From positions 124,496 through 188,495 of the forward strand of contig NMRA01000711.1 in NCBI GenBank assembly GCA_002633005.1: a DNA stretch of 64,000 nt, written 5' to 3'. Within the stretch, counting starts at the first letter, position 1, and each line of letters opens with the position of its first letter. This document shows, in pieces, positions 35,386 through 48,427 of the stretch. This stretch comes from Phoronis australis. Lineage: Eukaryota > Animalia > Phoronida. A program made the position numbers and the translations under genes. Under the pieces are notes generated by a model. It was not told the origin of the DNA. It saw nothing but the letters and a program-made list of their open reading frames with translations, and did no database searches.

Positions 35386-35567
35386 GCACGTGTAAGAAGG
35401 AAAACTTGTCGAAAGATATCATCCTGGGAAATTCAGTGTGGATAAGTTCACTTTATTATTAATGTAACATTGGAATTACGACCACCTAAAGGGACGTACA
35501 AAGTCACATGACCAGTATAGATGGATGATACCCTCTAGTTCTTTTCCACAAAAGGTACGCATTTGGG

Positions 35568-35754
35568 AATCTATGACTACAATCTATGACTTCAATCTAT
35601 GACTCCAATCTATGACTCCAATCTATGACTCCAATCTATGACTCCAATCTATGACTCCAATCTATGACTTCAATCTATGACTCCAATCTATGACTCCAAT
35701 CTATGACTCCAATCTATGACTCCAATCTATGACTTCAATCTATGACTCCAATCT
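35568..35754. repeat. 13-bp minisatellite, about 14 copies
   Basis: aatctatgactcc with occasional ttc variants. Confidence 0.95.
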
Positions 35755-38700
35755 TACATAAAAAGTATGAGTGTCAAAGGGATTTGAAACCATTTCAATT
35801 TGTATCAATTTTGTATCAATTTTGTATCAATTTTGTATCAATGCTAAAATTTATAGAGCAAATATTGGGCTTTCGTCCATCCTTCATCAGCAAACTATTA
35901 ATTAAGCACCACTTCCCAATTTGTTTCAAATTTGTTTTTTTTTTATAGAAATGGCCTATTAAGGAATCATAAATGTATCTATTTACCTTCTTAGCGAAAA
36001 TGATACTAGAAAATAGTCTAGAAAAATTCGGTAAGACAACTTTAAAGGAATCAAACTTGTTTTCTTATATATATATATGTTCGTAAGACTTTTCGTAAGC
36101 CCTAAAATTCGGTGAATGATGAAAAAACCCATGTGCAGCACTAAAAGACCCGCAATTCGTTAATTTACCCCTTGTGCCTAAAATTTTGTAGATAAATACC
36201 ACCTTGTTTTCGCACCATCTTCTGTAGATAAATGTTTTTATCAGCGAAAAAGTTAAATTTGTATCACCGTTGCTTGTAAGGAATATTCTCACATCGGACA
36301 GGTAATTTACATAAAATTTCTCAAGGATTACAAAATGTTTCTTTCCAAAACAATTTAACCACTTTCTTAGACCTGGGCCCAGTTGCATAAAAGTTTTCCG
36401 GTGCATAGCAACAATGACGTTGCATTATCACGCGCCACGTTGTTATTGTTGAATAATGCAAATGATTTCACGCAACAATCAAACTTATCCAGCGGAAAAT
36501 TTTAAAGTTTTATATAACCTAGCCCAGATCTCGTAAAAGACATTGCCAAAACACAAATAATTACGGTGGACTATGAAATAAGCACTTGAGACAAACTATT
36601 CAAGGACACGTCATCAATAGATAAAGTTGCCAAACCAAGAAACTTTTAGTGATTCAATGAATGAGTAAATATGTATCATCTTGCAACCTCCGAGAGCAAA
36701 GCTTTGGATAAAAGTGGTTTGACCATTCTATTTTACCGTCTCACAAAAAATTATGAAATGACTTTCCCAACTTTTGAGCATCTCATGTGGGTGAAGACGG
36801 TAACGCAATGAATAGATGAACAAATTTATATAGAATAACTGACTTAATCAATGCTATTCTGCACTGTGGAATTAAAGCCCTCTTGGACCATAAACTGAGA
36901 CTGCCTTGAGTTTTTTTGATGCTATCTTAATAATTCAAAGTGATCAGCTCAGGCCACAGAATACTCAATTAATACCGAGTGTACTTTTCCAGGTTTCTTT
37001 CATGGCATAGTTTAGTATCGCTATGTTTCTTGGCCCCTATCCAAACTTTCGAACCATCAAGGGTTAAGAGAGTAGGACTTGTTAAAGCCAATATTTTTCG
37101 AAAGATAGTGACTAGATTGACAAACGGTTGACACTCTCAGTTCGTTTAAGATAGACACAAAAGCACCTGTGTTCAATTTTGGAGCCCATTGTAAGACACC
37201 GCTTTTGTACATTGATCAAAAATCCCGTTTGGCCACGTTTTCGTGAAGTTCAGGACCAGTATTTTTTCATGATTGGCCCTCACACGAAGAAATTGCAAGT
37301 CTTTATATTATAATTACAAGTTTTTACTATCACTAATCATCCCCGCTGGGCAAGTGAACTGTTGGTAACGGATAAGAAATGAGTTTTCCTTTCTCATTGA
37401 CTCAATCTCGAGACGTAACGTTGTTACGCGTTATTTCGCAGCAGTCTTTTGTATTTTTATTCGCTCGCCACTTACGGCTAATTTGTGATTAAAACTAGAG
37501 AGGATACGATATAAATTGAAAAATGTAAGTACAAGCTAACGTACTTACGAGTTCATTTTGTTGGCATGTTCAGCGGTGCAATACCGACATAGGGTCGTGG
37601 CTCGTGGTCTACTAGAAATTCCGCGCACAATGATTTTTCAGGAGTGTCGGATATTATTGATAAATTGAGTACATTACTGGAGAATTTTAGAACTGTGAGG
37701 TAAGACATTTTTCGCACAAATATATACACATTCATGGACTGGGCGCTTATTTTAGCGAAGTCTGGAAACGAGTGGGGACGCTTATAGGGGCATGGGCGCT
37801 TATGTTATAAAAATAATTTTGACTAAAATGACATTGTACATTACAAAAAGGAATCAGTTCCAAGAAATATGGCATTTCATTTGCTATGAGCACATGGACC
37901 GGTCTTCCACCTTACTCCCCTTTTCTTAGTTTCGGACTAGTCCACAAATTCTTTGTGCACGACCACACACTGTGATTTTTTTGACGAATTGCGTAACGGG
38001 TGACATGTATTGAATCGGTAGGGTCGCACTGTGCCGATGTTTTTTACAGCCAGAGCATCGACACGATGACCAAACTGAACCTTAAATTCATGATAGTAAA
38101 AACAGCACAAGGAGGAGGAAAATTATTCATGTTCATCTGGGAAACGATATGTAGTGCTTTTGCGCTTTGAAATTCGCTCGCCACCTGGGCGACCGGCAAG
38201 TCAACTTCTACTTGCCCAGCACCATTTTTACTCGCATTGGCGACTGGGCGAGTGGCTAAGTATATCCCTGGGAAGGATACCGACGAGTTGGAATTGGCAC
38301 TGCACAGTACACCGTCAAGGCCAGCTGATGACCGCTCACGAGGTTTTATCAGTGTGCCTCGTTTTCGATCAGTATTTAAAGATGGCGCGGGAAGATGGCG
38401 CTTTCGTGAAATAAGTGAATATCAGACCATTACCATCCTACATGCCTGAAATTATGAAAAATTATTACCAACTGAGGTTTATGCAATTCATGCATAAGTT
38501 AAGATATTAAAAATACTCAAACTTCTAATCAAAATAACAGCATAACGTGCTCGCGGTTAATCGCTGTCGCCGATACGGAGATAACGTCACATTGGACGCA
38601 TAGCCGGTGGCTGTACACTTCAAACCGTTCCGCAGTGCTTCGAAAAGAAGGCAAAAGATTTACTGATCTTGCGAGGAAAGTGTCACACTATATGGTCTGG

Positions 38701-39453
38701 CCCTTCGAACAGACGCAGCGTACTGGTCAACGGGATTGGTATTGTATCTTTCCCGTACAGATTTTCTCCCACAACAGGAATCCAGATTGCTTTGTACACG
38801 TAAAATTATAAAAACCGCGAATCGAAACTTGGCCAAGAAGCGCGTGCTAGGGCCTACATGTGGGCCTGCTCAATGAGATAAATATAACTACATATACAGC
38901 TCATTGGGCCTGCTACTCTGGCAAAAGGAACACTGATGACACGCACGCGCTCGCTCACTCGGTGCACACCTCAGCTGTTGACTCACTTCAATACAAACGT
39001 CACGTGACAACAACATATGTGTTCGTCCAGATTTTTCTCGTTGCCGGGTGCGATCTAGCGCAGATTTTGACTTAATCTGCGGTTAATCCCGACTCCAGTC
39101 CACAGGAACTTAAGAATCTTAGGAAAGGCTATTTGGAAAACTTAAGGAGGACTTGAGGTAATTTGAGTAAAGTCCCTGACTTACACACTTTTCCAAAAAG
39201 GGAAAACTACGGAGGAATGGTTGAGGAGGGTAAAAGCCTAGTTGCCGTGCTTATTGGTATGTTTTTGGAGACCGATTCAACATCAGACAACTTGATTTTT
39301 GGTAACGTTGATAAGTCTTTTGACCACAGGACGATGTCATGTTTGTCAAGGCGCCTCGTTTTCGATCAACACGACAGCAGCGCCCCGCGTTCGTGCCCGA
39401 ATAGTACCACACGGAGCCTGGGAACTAACCTTGAAACTCGGACTCCGTGAGAC

Positions 39454-40669
39454 CAGGGGCGGATCTACGTTTTCAGTAAGGGGGGGTTTAGGATTCCCGC
39501 AACGGTCGAATCCTAGGCGCGTGGCGCCGAGAGGGGGGGGGGTNNNNNNNNNNNNNNNNNNNNNNNNNNNNNNNNNNNNNNNNNNNNNNNNNNNNNNNNN
39601 NNNNNNNNNNNNNNNNNNNNNNNNNNNNNNNNNNNNNNNNNNNNNNNNNNNNNNNNNNNNNNNNNNNNNNNNNNNNNNNNNNNNNNNNNNNNNNNNNNNN
39701 NNNNNNNNNNNNNNNNNNNNNNNNNNNNNNNNNNNNNNNNNNNNNNNNNNNNNNNNNNNNNNNNNNNNNNNNNNNNNNNNNNNNNNNNNNNNNNNNNNNN
39801 NNNNNNNNNNNNNNNNNNNNNNNNNNNNNNNNNNNNNNNNNNNNNNNNNNNNNNNNNNNNNNNNNNNNNNNNNNNNNNNNNNNNNNNNNNNNNNNNNNNN
39901 NNNNNNNNNNNNNNNNNNNNNNNNNNNNNNNNNNNNNNNNNNNNNNNNNNNNNNNNNNNNNNNNNNNNNNNNNNNNNNNNNNNNNNNNNNNNNNNNNNNN
40001 NNNNNNNNNNNNNNNNNNNNNNNNNNNNNNNNNNNNNNNNNNNNNNNNNNNNNNNNNNNNNNNNNNNNNNNNNNNNNNNNNNNNNNNNNNNNNNNNNNNN
40101 NNNNNNNNNNNNNNNNNNNNNNNNNNNNNNNNNNNNNNNNNNNNNNNNNNNNNNNNNNNNNNNNNNNNNNNNNNNNNNNNNNNNNNNNNNNNNNNNNNNN
40201 NNNNNNNGTAAAAACGTTGCACGTCAATTTGCCTGAATATCAGGGTTGCGGCACCACAGTATTTCCCCTAATCAAATCAAATTATATCTTAGAGTAAAGA
40301 AGCTAGTTATCTAAAGAAATCAGTTATAGAGCTGCTCTTTCAGCGGTGAATCCATCTAAAATGCTTGGCAACTTCAGAAGTGTCGACGGAAGCGCGCCCA
40401 CAATTGATCTCCGCGCGTTTTGCCGATGATCCACGAAGACTCAAAATGCGTTGATTTTCATAACAGCAATTTGCAATTCAAAAATTTATTTTTTCAGAGT
40501 GACCCCCCCCCCTCATTTTTTTCCAAGTTGGTTTACTTGGGGTTTACACACGCTGGTGGTGTCGTTTTTGTTTTGGTGACGACGTTTTTGTTTTTTTTTT
40601 AATTTTGGGTCCTGGCCCAAGGGGGGGGGGGTTTAAACCCCCTGAACCCCCCCCGTAGATCCGCCACTG
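39454..40669. mobile_element. CAG-terminal (hAT-like) element with 16-bp TIR and 6-bp TSD, spanning the assembly gap
   Basis: caggggcggatctacg ... cgtagatccgccactg, with tgagac at 39448-39453 and 40670-40675. Confidence 0.7.
39544..40207. other. Assembly gap (N run)
   Basis: 664 consecutive n following a poly-G tract. Confidence 0.99.
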
Positions 40670-42192
40670 TGAGACTCGTACTAAAGGACTCGTGATTGGA
40701 GTACAGTTTTGTAAGTTGATTCGAAGATTTATTTTCGAGTTTATTTGCGATTACAGAGATACATGTAAGACTCTGGACCTGATCGGGAAAACGACGTCAC
40801 CAGCGTGTGAGCGACTGAACACTGTCTTCCAAATTACGCGTTCTCCAAACCTTTCACCTTGGCACACCAATGCAGCTATATTTCTCAGTATAGTGATTAA
40901 AATCACGTTATCTTATTTATCATTGTTTCTAACCAATTAATCTTCTAATGACTCGGACTTTTTGCTAATTTTTCGGGAATGTATCCGAGCGCCTGATGTC
41001 AGAGTACTTTAGAAGTTCACTTTACGCAACATTCGAACAGGGTAGTGGTATCTGAATCCCGGCTCTTTCCGGGTTGTTGACAACACTGAACCCTCAGATG
41101 TCACTGTGATCGTACTTAGCACTGCTGAGTACAGGAGGCTTCCGAACATGCTTAATTACACTTGGGTAACACAGGGGCCCAATGAAGTGCTCGCAATGTA
41201 GTGATGGCTTGGATTTGTGATTTAATTTTCAGATCAAACCTGCGGCCATGTTTTTGTTGACAAACATGGAACTTCTTGTAGTTCTCGACTCATTGACTGA
41301 ACGCTAAGCGGTGTGATTTCCTGACACAATATCGCTACCGGAAAGCCACAAATGTTGAAAGGCTTACGTTAAAAACCGTTTGGAAGGACGCGTAATTATC
41401 TTTGATGATTTCAATTTCACAATTTTCAAATCAGTTGTTTGTGTTGTGTTTTTGTTATGAATGAATATAAATACTTTAACAGGTCATATCATACATTTCA
41501 GACCTGGCAAGAATAGTGTTGTCCTGTCGAGCCAACAAGAAGGAAGAATTTGATTTTTTGTATCCATTAACTTGAGCATCATATTTGTACACGTTATATT
41601 TATTACTTGTAACTTGCGCTTGGGAACATTATAAGAATTTATGAAGAAAATACATATTGATATTTCCGTTCCCTTGGAAACCATGAACAAGAGCTTATAG
41701 TGAAGTGAATTCACGTATTTTGTTTTAATATATAGCTTTTAAAATCATCCATTCTATGTGCTCTCGAGTCAGTTCGTAATTACCTACACGCTTTATTCAT
41801 GTCCACATCATTCGGTGCAAAAGCCCAATATTTTGATTTTAGGTTACTGCCTGTAAACAGATCGCAATAAGGATCGACGGTTAAAAGCATGCTTTGAAAT
41901 GTTATTGTAAAATGCATCTGGAAACACGAACCTGCCTCAGTGGACCAAAAAATTATCACATCACGGGTTCTTATACCTACATTTTGTTCTGTTTGTCTGG
42001 CTAAAAAACAAAAATCTATTAGGTCTTTTACTCTCACGAAATTAGTTTCATAATATTTCTTACTGTGATGGGATTCCAATTCCGTTAGCAACAGGAATAT
42101 TGAAACCATGAGCGGCTCAAGCGAAGGCTTCACATGTTAGTGAGACTGGATATTCCTAACATTACGAAATCGAAAATGATGCATGTAAATAG

Positions 42193-42413
42193 TTGGCCAA
42201 ATGTGTGAACGTTACGTACGTAAATTACGTACGTAAACGGTGTTAATTAGTTTACGGCGAAAATTAATTCTTTATGGCGTAAATTCAATTGCGGTGTAAA
42301 TTTATTCTTTGGGCGTAAATAAATTGTTCGCGACGTAAATTATCCTTAACAGCGTTAACAAAAATTAATTTAGGCACGAAATTTACCTGAGTAACGTTCA
42401 CCCATTTGGCCAA
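42193..42413. mobile_element. MITE-like element with 23-bp inverted ends and internal ggcgtaaatt repeats
   Basis: ttggccaaatgtgtgaacgttac ... gtaacgttcacccatttggccaa; no clear TSD. Confidence 0.5.
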
Positions 42414-43923
42414 TGAGACATGTACACACTTCCCGTCACTCGATTTAGTAATAAAAAGCTACCACAGAAGGATTATTATGAGACTGGATTCATAAGAGTA
42501 AAAAGTATCAATTTCCCAGTGGCTGGTATTGAAATGAAACAAGTGAAAAATCTGATTATTTGATAACGGAAATTTTAGTAGTTTAGCGGAAGACTATTAA
42601 CCAGGATTGAAGAAATTTTGACGGAATAGATTTGTTTCAATATGTTTGCAGTCTGCTATGGGTTCATTCTAATGAGACGAGCAAGTGGAAATCTTTGTAA
42701 AACGGTCACGGAGACTAGCCATCGTCTCATAGTCTGGGTGCAAATCCGGTCTGAACGACAACACAGTTTTTTTTAAATGAGATCAGTCAGTTATTAAAAT
42801 TTCACATTAGAAGCATTTTATTTCGTTAAACACCTCGCATCGTGGGGCGTTTAAATATGAAAAATACCGGTGAAATTAGCGTTAAACTATACATAAACGT
42901 TGCATTCAACAATTTATCCTAATTCAACAATGCCACATCCATATTCGTGACGGTAACATAACCCCTAACGCCCAGAGTACAAAAATGATAGCAACTGCAA
43001 CACAGGTATATGTAGTGAAAATAGATAAAATAAATCACGTCAGCATCACATGATTAGAGTTTCAACAAGGCATGAAGTTAACAATTAAAGAAACACGAAA
43101 ATGACAACGAACCCGAGTTTCGCAAGGATAATTCTATCATGGTACCCAACAGTGTAAATAAATTGTTCACCGATCTGGGGCCCTTTTCCCTGCTCGTGTC
43201 TTCTAAAGTCTATCCCTTGAACCCGGGCGCCAGACCGTTCAGCGAATTTTAATTGCTCTCCTCATCAGTCAGCGGCCACGTGGACACTTCACATCTTCCG
43301 ATAACCTCACGTTCCAGGCATGAACATGTTTTTGCACCTCTTGCCAATTCCACGCTTGCGAGCACGATATTTTTGCGCCCCTAGTCTCGGCTCGGTGGCC
43401 CGGCTTTGAAGGACGGCCGAAAAATGTTTCAGGTTATCTGGAAAAACGAGCAAACATCTAAAGAGCCGTTTCTGTACGTGCAGATGAAGCTTCGGTATAT
43501 AAACATATAGGTACAGATCAACGAGAGGTCGTTGGATGTCGCTGCCAGGCGAATATTCCCCACCCCTCTCAATCGAGGTAAAGTGCACTCCTGTCCTAGA
43601 CTCATTCCACAGTCCAGTTTGCACTAGACACCAGCGCCACTATTCGGCCAGGTAAACTTTCACCATATATGTCACGTGATCGAGTAGTGTATTATTTAGA
43701 CATATTTTGGCTCTATACAGACGTCAATAGATGAATTCAAGTGTAAACTTTATGTGTTGTGCGTGACGTTGGTCGGACAGCGATTGACACAGTCAGCTGA
43801 AAACTTGCAGGTTATGCAAGTACCGATGGGACGCTGTGTACATCGGAAGTCTCATTCTTGATTTTCCATTTTAATCAACGCAAGTTCTTCACAGTGCCAT
43901 AAATACGCGAGACTGGAGCTAGA

Positions 43924-44005
43924 ATGGATGGAACGCTGAGAAATCTTCTTTGTGTCACAGCAATCTTGGTCAGCCTATCGGCAGGGCAACAAACTCAGCA
44001 AACAG
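43924..44005 (+). CDS. LRP-like YWTD/EGF protein, exon 1 (signal peptide)
   Basis: MDGTLRNLLCVTAILVSLSAGQQTQQT+g followed by an acag|gtgagt donor. Hydrophobic signal peptide; phase 1 matches the exon at 53758. Confidence 0.68.
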
Positions 44006-47000
44006 GTGAGTGTTGAACTGAGGTCATAGAAGTGTTCTCAAACCTACCTATATGTGCAGATGAGAAATTATGTCCAGGTACACGAGTACTAAGAATCGAT
44101 TTTTGCATTTACGATCGTGTTGCATGGAGGAATATGATGAATGATATTTACGTTCGGATTCTAAATGGCAGAATTCCTGCTAAGTTGCGTCATAGCTTAT
44201 ACGTGCGATGGCGGGGAAAATTGCCAGCAAAACAAAATGAAACGGCTTTGAAGATTTGCTCCCGCCTCCCTTGTATTGCACTGGACAAGGCCGCCCTAAG
44301 CTCTTATTTGCTCCTGGTAGAAATCTACCGTTGACCCCCACCCCAGGAGTTAGACCTAAGCCTCGCGAGAGATTCTTAGCGTGTGATGGAGTGAGCCTGC
44401 ACAGGGCGTTTGAGTAACACCTTCCCAAATCAAGGAAGAAAGGACGTGTAATTATACGTCACGGTGAAGCATTAATATGGACTGCCCACTTTATAAAATA
44501 ATGACAACTGTATAGTCTATTGAAAATGAATTCAGATTCAAAATAGTATTTGAACAAGTCTGTGATTGACCAAAGATATTATAATGCTTATGACGTACCC
44601 TTTATACTTTCTATAGCACCAGCCCGGTTGTCCTCACCACGTGAAAAAATACGACTATTTGCAAAACTATCAATCCCGCACACCAGGAATTTACAAAATG
44701 TATGGATTACATGGGGCTAACTACTATACATTGTGGATCAGAGACAGACATGCTAAACTATTGATCTGCTATGGTCTACATGTATATTGGGGGTATTTTT
44801 AAGCCCAGGTATCATAGCCTACAGTCGGCTTTTAAACACACGTACGGAGAGTGATATATAGGAAACAACGTTTTCGTGCCATTGCCGTGGCAAACATGCG
44901 TCAGTCTTTATCAGCAAGGAGCGGACAAGATACTAAGAATTTCTTTTCATTTATTCAGTCATACTCACAAACAATGTGAACAAGCAGTAAAGCTGAACTG
45001 ATATAACAAGGTATTTAGGTTGATGTTATCTGCTTTCCCATTCACTCACATTCAACTAACTTTGTTTTTTTACGGGTCTGGTTTCTCAACGTCTGGGTGT
45101 GACTAAAAATCACCGGGGCTATTGTCCCTACTGCTAATCTTTGAAATCACAAAACAAGGTTAGGTGAGAGATCATGGGTTGTTACTGAATAACTTTAAAA
45201 AGCCGCACCTCGCCCTGTTTAGCTGGTTAAAAATCGACGTTATACTTCCATGAAATCTTTAAAGTATTCCGTACCGTTATAGAACTGCTTATTCCGTTAC
45301 TCGGAACAACTGAGAACATCGAAACAGTCAGCGCCTCAAGAAAACGTTCGATTTATTGGAGTTGGCGAATTCGAAAATGACGCATGACCACTTGAGTTGG
45401 GAAATGGGGTACTATTAAGGGAGTTACGAAATATTATGAAATCAATTTTGAGAGAGTAAAAGACCTAATTCGATTTTCGTTTTAGCCAGCTGAACGGGGT
45501 GAATTGCAGCGCCACCTGGCTTACATGGAGAAAAATGACTAAGCGTTATTTTTTACAAAAACAATTTGCCAAAATTGCAATTTTTTGTTTTTAAAGGCTG
45601 ACTGTCTTGCTATGATACTTACAATTTTAGTTCCGGTTGTCATTTAAAGGCAAGTGTGCGGCACAAAATATTTCGGGGAAAACGAATTCTCAATACTACG
45701 CCAGCTGCGCTTAACAAAATTTTCACGGTTTAGTCGCGTTTTGGCGACTCACCCAATAGTAACACAACCCTTCCTTGACCTCAACTGCAAAGAGATGTAG
45801 ATAGTTTAGAAATAGCGAATTTAGAGACGTGTTGATGAATCTAGTTTTTGACACCATAAAAAGCAACCACTGAGGGCTTCGCTGTTGGCTGATATCAGTT
45901 TTCATTCTTTACACGAGCATCAACGAAGTTACGACCCTGGGTTCGACCTGGGTATACTGAAGACGCTCACTGGTGTGTGTTTGCACTGTCGGTCTTGACT
46001 TGAGCTTGGAGGATACGCCGAACTGTGCACTGTCGGTATTGAGCTGAGCTTGGAGGGTACACCGGACTCAGAGGTTTGGTGGATATTTTCAACATCTCTG
46101 AACCAAATCCATTATGTATATTTGTAAATAAAATACTCGATAAATTGCAAAAAAATAACGAACAAGCTGTTTGTATCAGTATTAATGGCGATGCTGTTAC
46201 CAACATTGCGGATTTGTTTTTTTGGGCAATTGAAGACTATTTTAAATACAATAAATTTGTTACGAACTGATTGCACAAAAATAAAACATGTAATAAGCAC
46301 TACAAAAGAAGGAGGTTTCGCTCGCAAACGCTGTGAACCATGAACAAGTAGGTCTTTTAGTATAAAATTAGGAGTTAAATCGTGGTGGTGCAGTGGTAAA
46401 GCACGCGCGCTCGAGTCTGTAGTACGTGCAAGCTTTCCTGTTTGACACTTTCTCCGTTGTAGACAAACTTTCACTTTTATTAACTCCATGTCCAATTTTA
46501 ACTGGGTAAAAGGGTTAAATTGCCGAAGGGAACGGAACAAGCTGTTTGGTTTTATTTTTACGCCATGGGTTTTACTAAAAAGGCGCAATTTGTCACATTA
46601 ACAAATTCACTTTTGTGAGCCATAAAAAACCAAACACATACTAAGTTCGTTGTTTGTACTGCAACCAAGTCTTTTGTCACTAATGACCTGTCAGTGTGCC
46701 AGTACAATAACAGCGGGTGAATGTTGATTTTGTTGAAATCGTCCTGACAAGAATGAGTGGGATACCCTGTTGTTTCTGGGACATTCAAAACTATTCACGT
46801 TTTTGTGTACCTTTCTCGCATTTCTCCGCCAGTGTTTACTGACTTCATGCGTGCATTGTTATAATATTGATTGAGACTACATGGCCCACTCATGGGTTTA
46901 TGTTATTGAGATGGGGATGATTTCGCTCTTTGAGCATGCGTAGAAAAAAAAAAACGTATAAAGGAATATCAGCTTTTACCATCCGTCGCAGCTGTCCTTG

Positions 47001-47984
47001 TAAACATAATGATTGTACAAAGAGATGTAATTCCGCGGGAGGAAACCTAACATTTGCGAAAATAAATAGGGATCTTTTCATGCAACGCCCCTAATTTATA
47101 AGGACTAAGTCCCTAATTATTTTGATTGAATAAAGGGGTTAATTTTTTGTTATATCATTAGAAAATGTCACTAGTTAAAGAGGAGCTCATGATAAAGACA
47201 AAATGATAGACCCTCCATTGGGGGTAAAACATGCCTAATAATGTGGTCAGTCAAACCGATCCAATGGCAAATTAGCATTTCTCAACATTATGTTCAGGTC
47301 AATGGGTTTTGTGATTTATTTTAACCATGTAGCCTCGATTTTTCGCCAACAATACTCTAGAGTGGCCTCCGGGTCGAATGCCGAGGGATAACTAACCGCA
47401 TATCGTAGGTCATGAATTTACAAGTACATATGGCTTAGAGTGTCGTAGAGGTGAATGACAACAACACCCCACTGCATCGTGTCCGGTCACTTTCTCAAGA
47501 CAGTGTGGGATCGATCTGTAGTAACTGAATACTCCATTTGCTTAGTAATCTGTCATTTTGAGCGTTCATTGTGGCGTTGTATCACACTCGTGAACTGAGG
47601 TAACACATACACACACATTGCCTCGGCAAAGGTCAAGTCTGGGTCAATTTTCGAATAAAAATTCAACACAAGATTTTATGCGTATATTATACACATAGTC
47701 CTAATAACTATGATTAAGGTTAAAAGGTCGATTATTTTCCATAAGGTTGATTATGATATCTCACTGCCCCGTAAACTGAGAATTTACAGTTATTGATGTT
47801 CCCGAATTTCCTAAAGAGAATTAAATACACAAAGATAGATGATTGTGCTCCATGGCCAACTGCAATCATCAGCTGAGCGCCGTGCTTCCTCAAGATTTCG
47901 GCCCTTTAAGCTCAGGATGTCTCCACACGGTGGGCCCGCAACAGCTGGTCGATGTAGTTGCGTTGCAGTTGGCGAAAACTGTAA

Positions 47985-48427
47985 GTCTATCTCCTAAACC
48001 CCTCACAGGATCTTGATGAGATTTGGCAGATGTGTTTAACTATATCATGAAGCTGGCAGAGGATGACGACGAATTTCGGAGCTCTCCGACTACAGGTGCG
48101 CCCCCTTAGTGACAATTTTATATTTTTTACGTTTACCTCTGTATCTTCGAAGGTCCTGAACGAATTTATATAAAACTGAATTTGACATTTACATATCTAT
48201 TGGTGAGATGATGCTATCCTTCCGTTTTCGGATGGATTCGAGGCACTTTGCGCCACCTAGTGGCAATTATGTTTGTTTGCGCCCATAGCCTCCTACTGGC
48301 AATTCCATTTTTTCCGTTTTCTTCGGTTTCTCAGAAGTTCCTTAATAGATCTGTATGAAATTTGGTAAAACGCTTTGATGACACGAATAAGCACCCCTAG
48401 AAGCACAGCGCTTGCGGTGCATTCTTG
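47985..48427 (+). mobile_element. Third, diverged fragment of the DINE-1/HINE-like family (opposite orientation)
   Basis: Reverse-complement matches to the subunits (ttttacgtttacctctgtatcttc, ctattggtgagatgatgctatcc, gcgccacctagtggc); ends cattcttg. Confidence 0.6.

Noticed and set aside
35108-35842. Cluster of 54-, 13- and 11-bp repeats as iterons or a CRISPR-like locus
   Set aside because: These are simple tandem repeats without spacers or associated genes, typical of this repeat-rich genome.
39299-40297. Long ORFs of 244-332 aa
   Set aside because: They run through the N gap and are artefacts.
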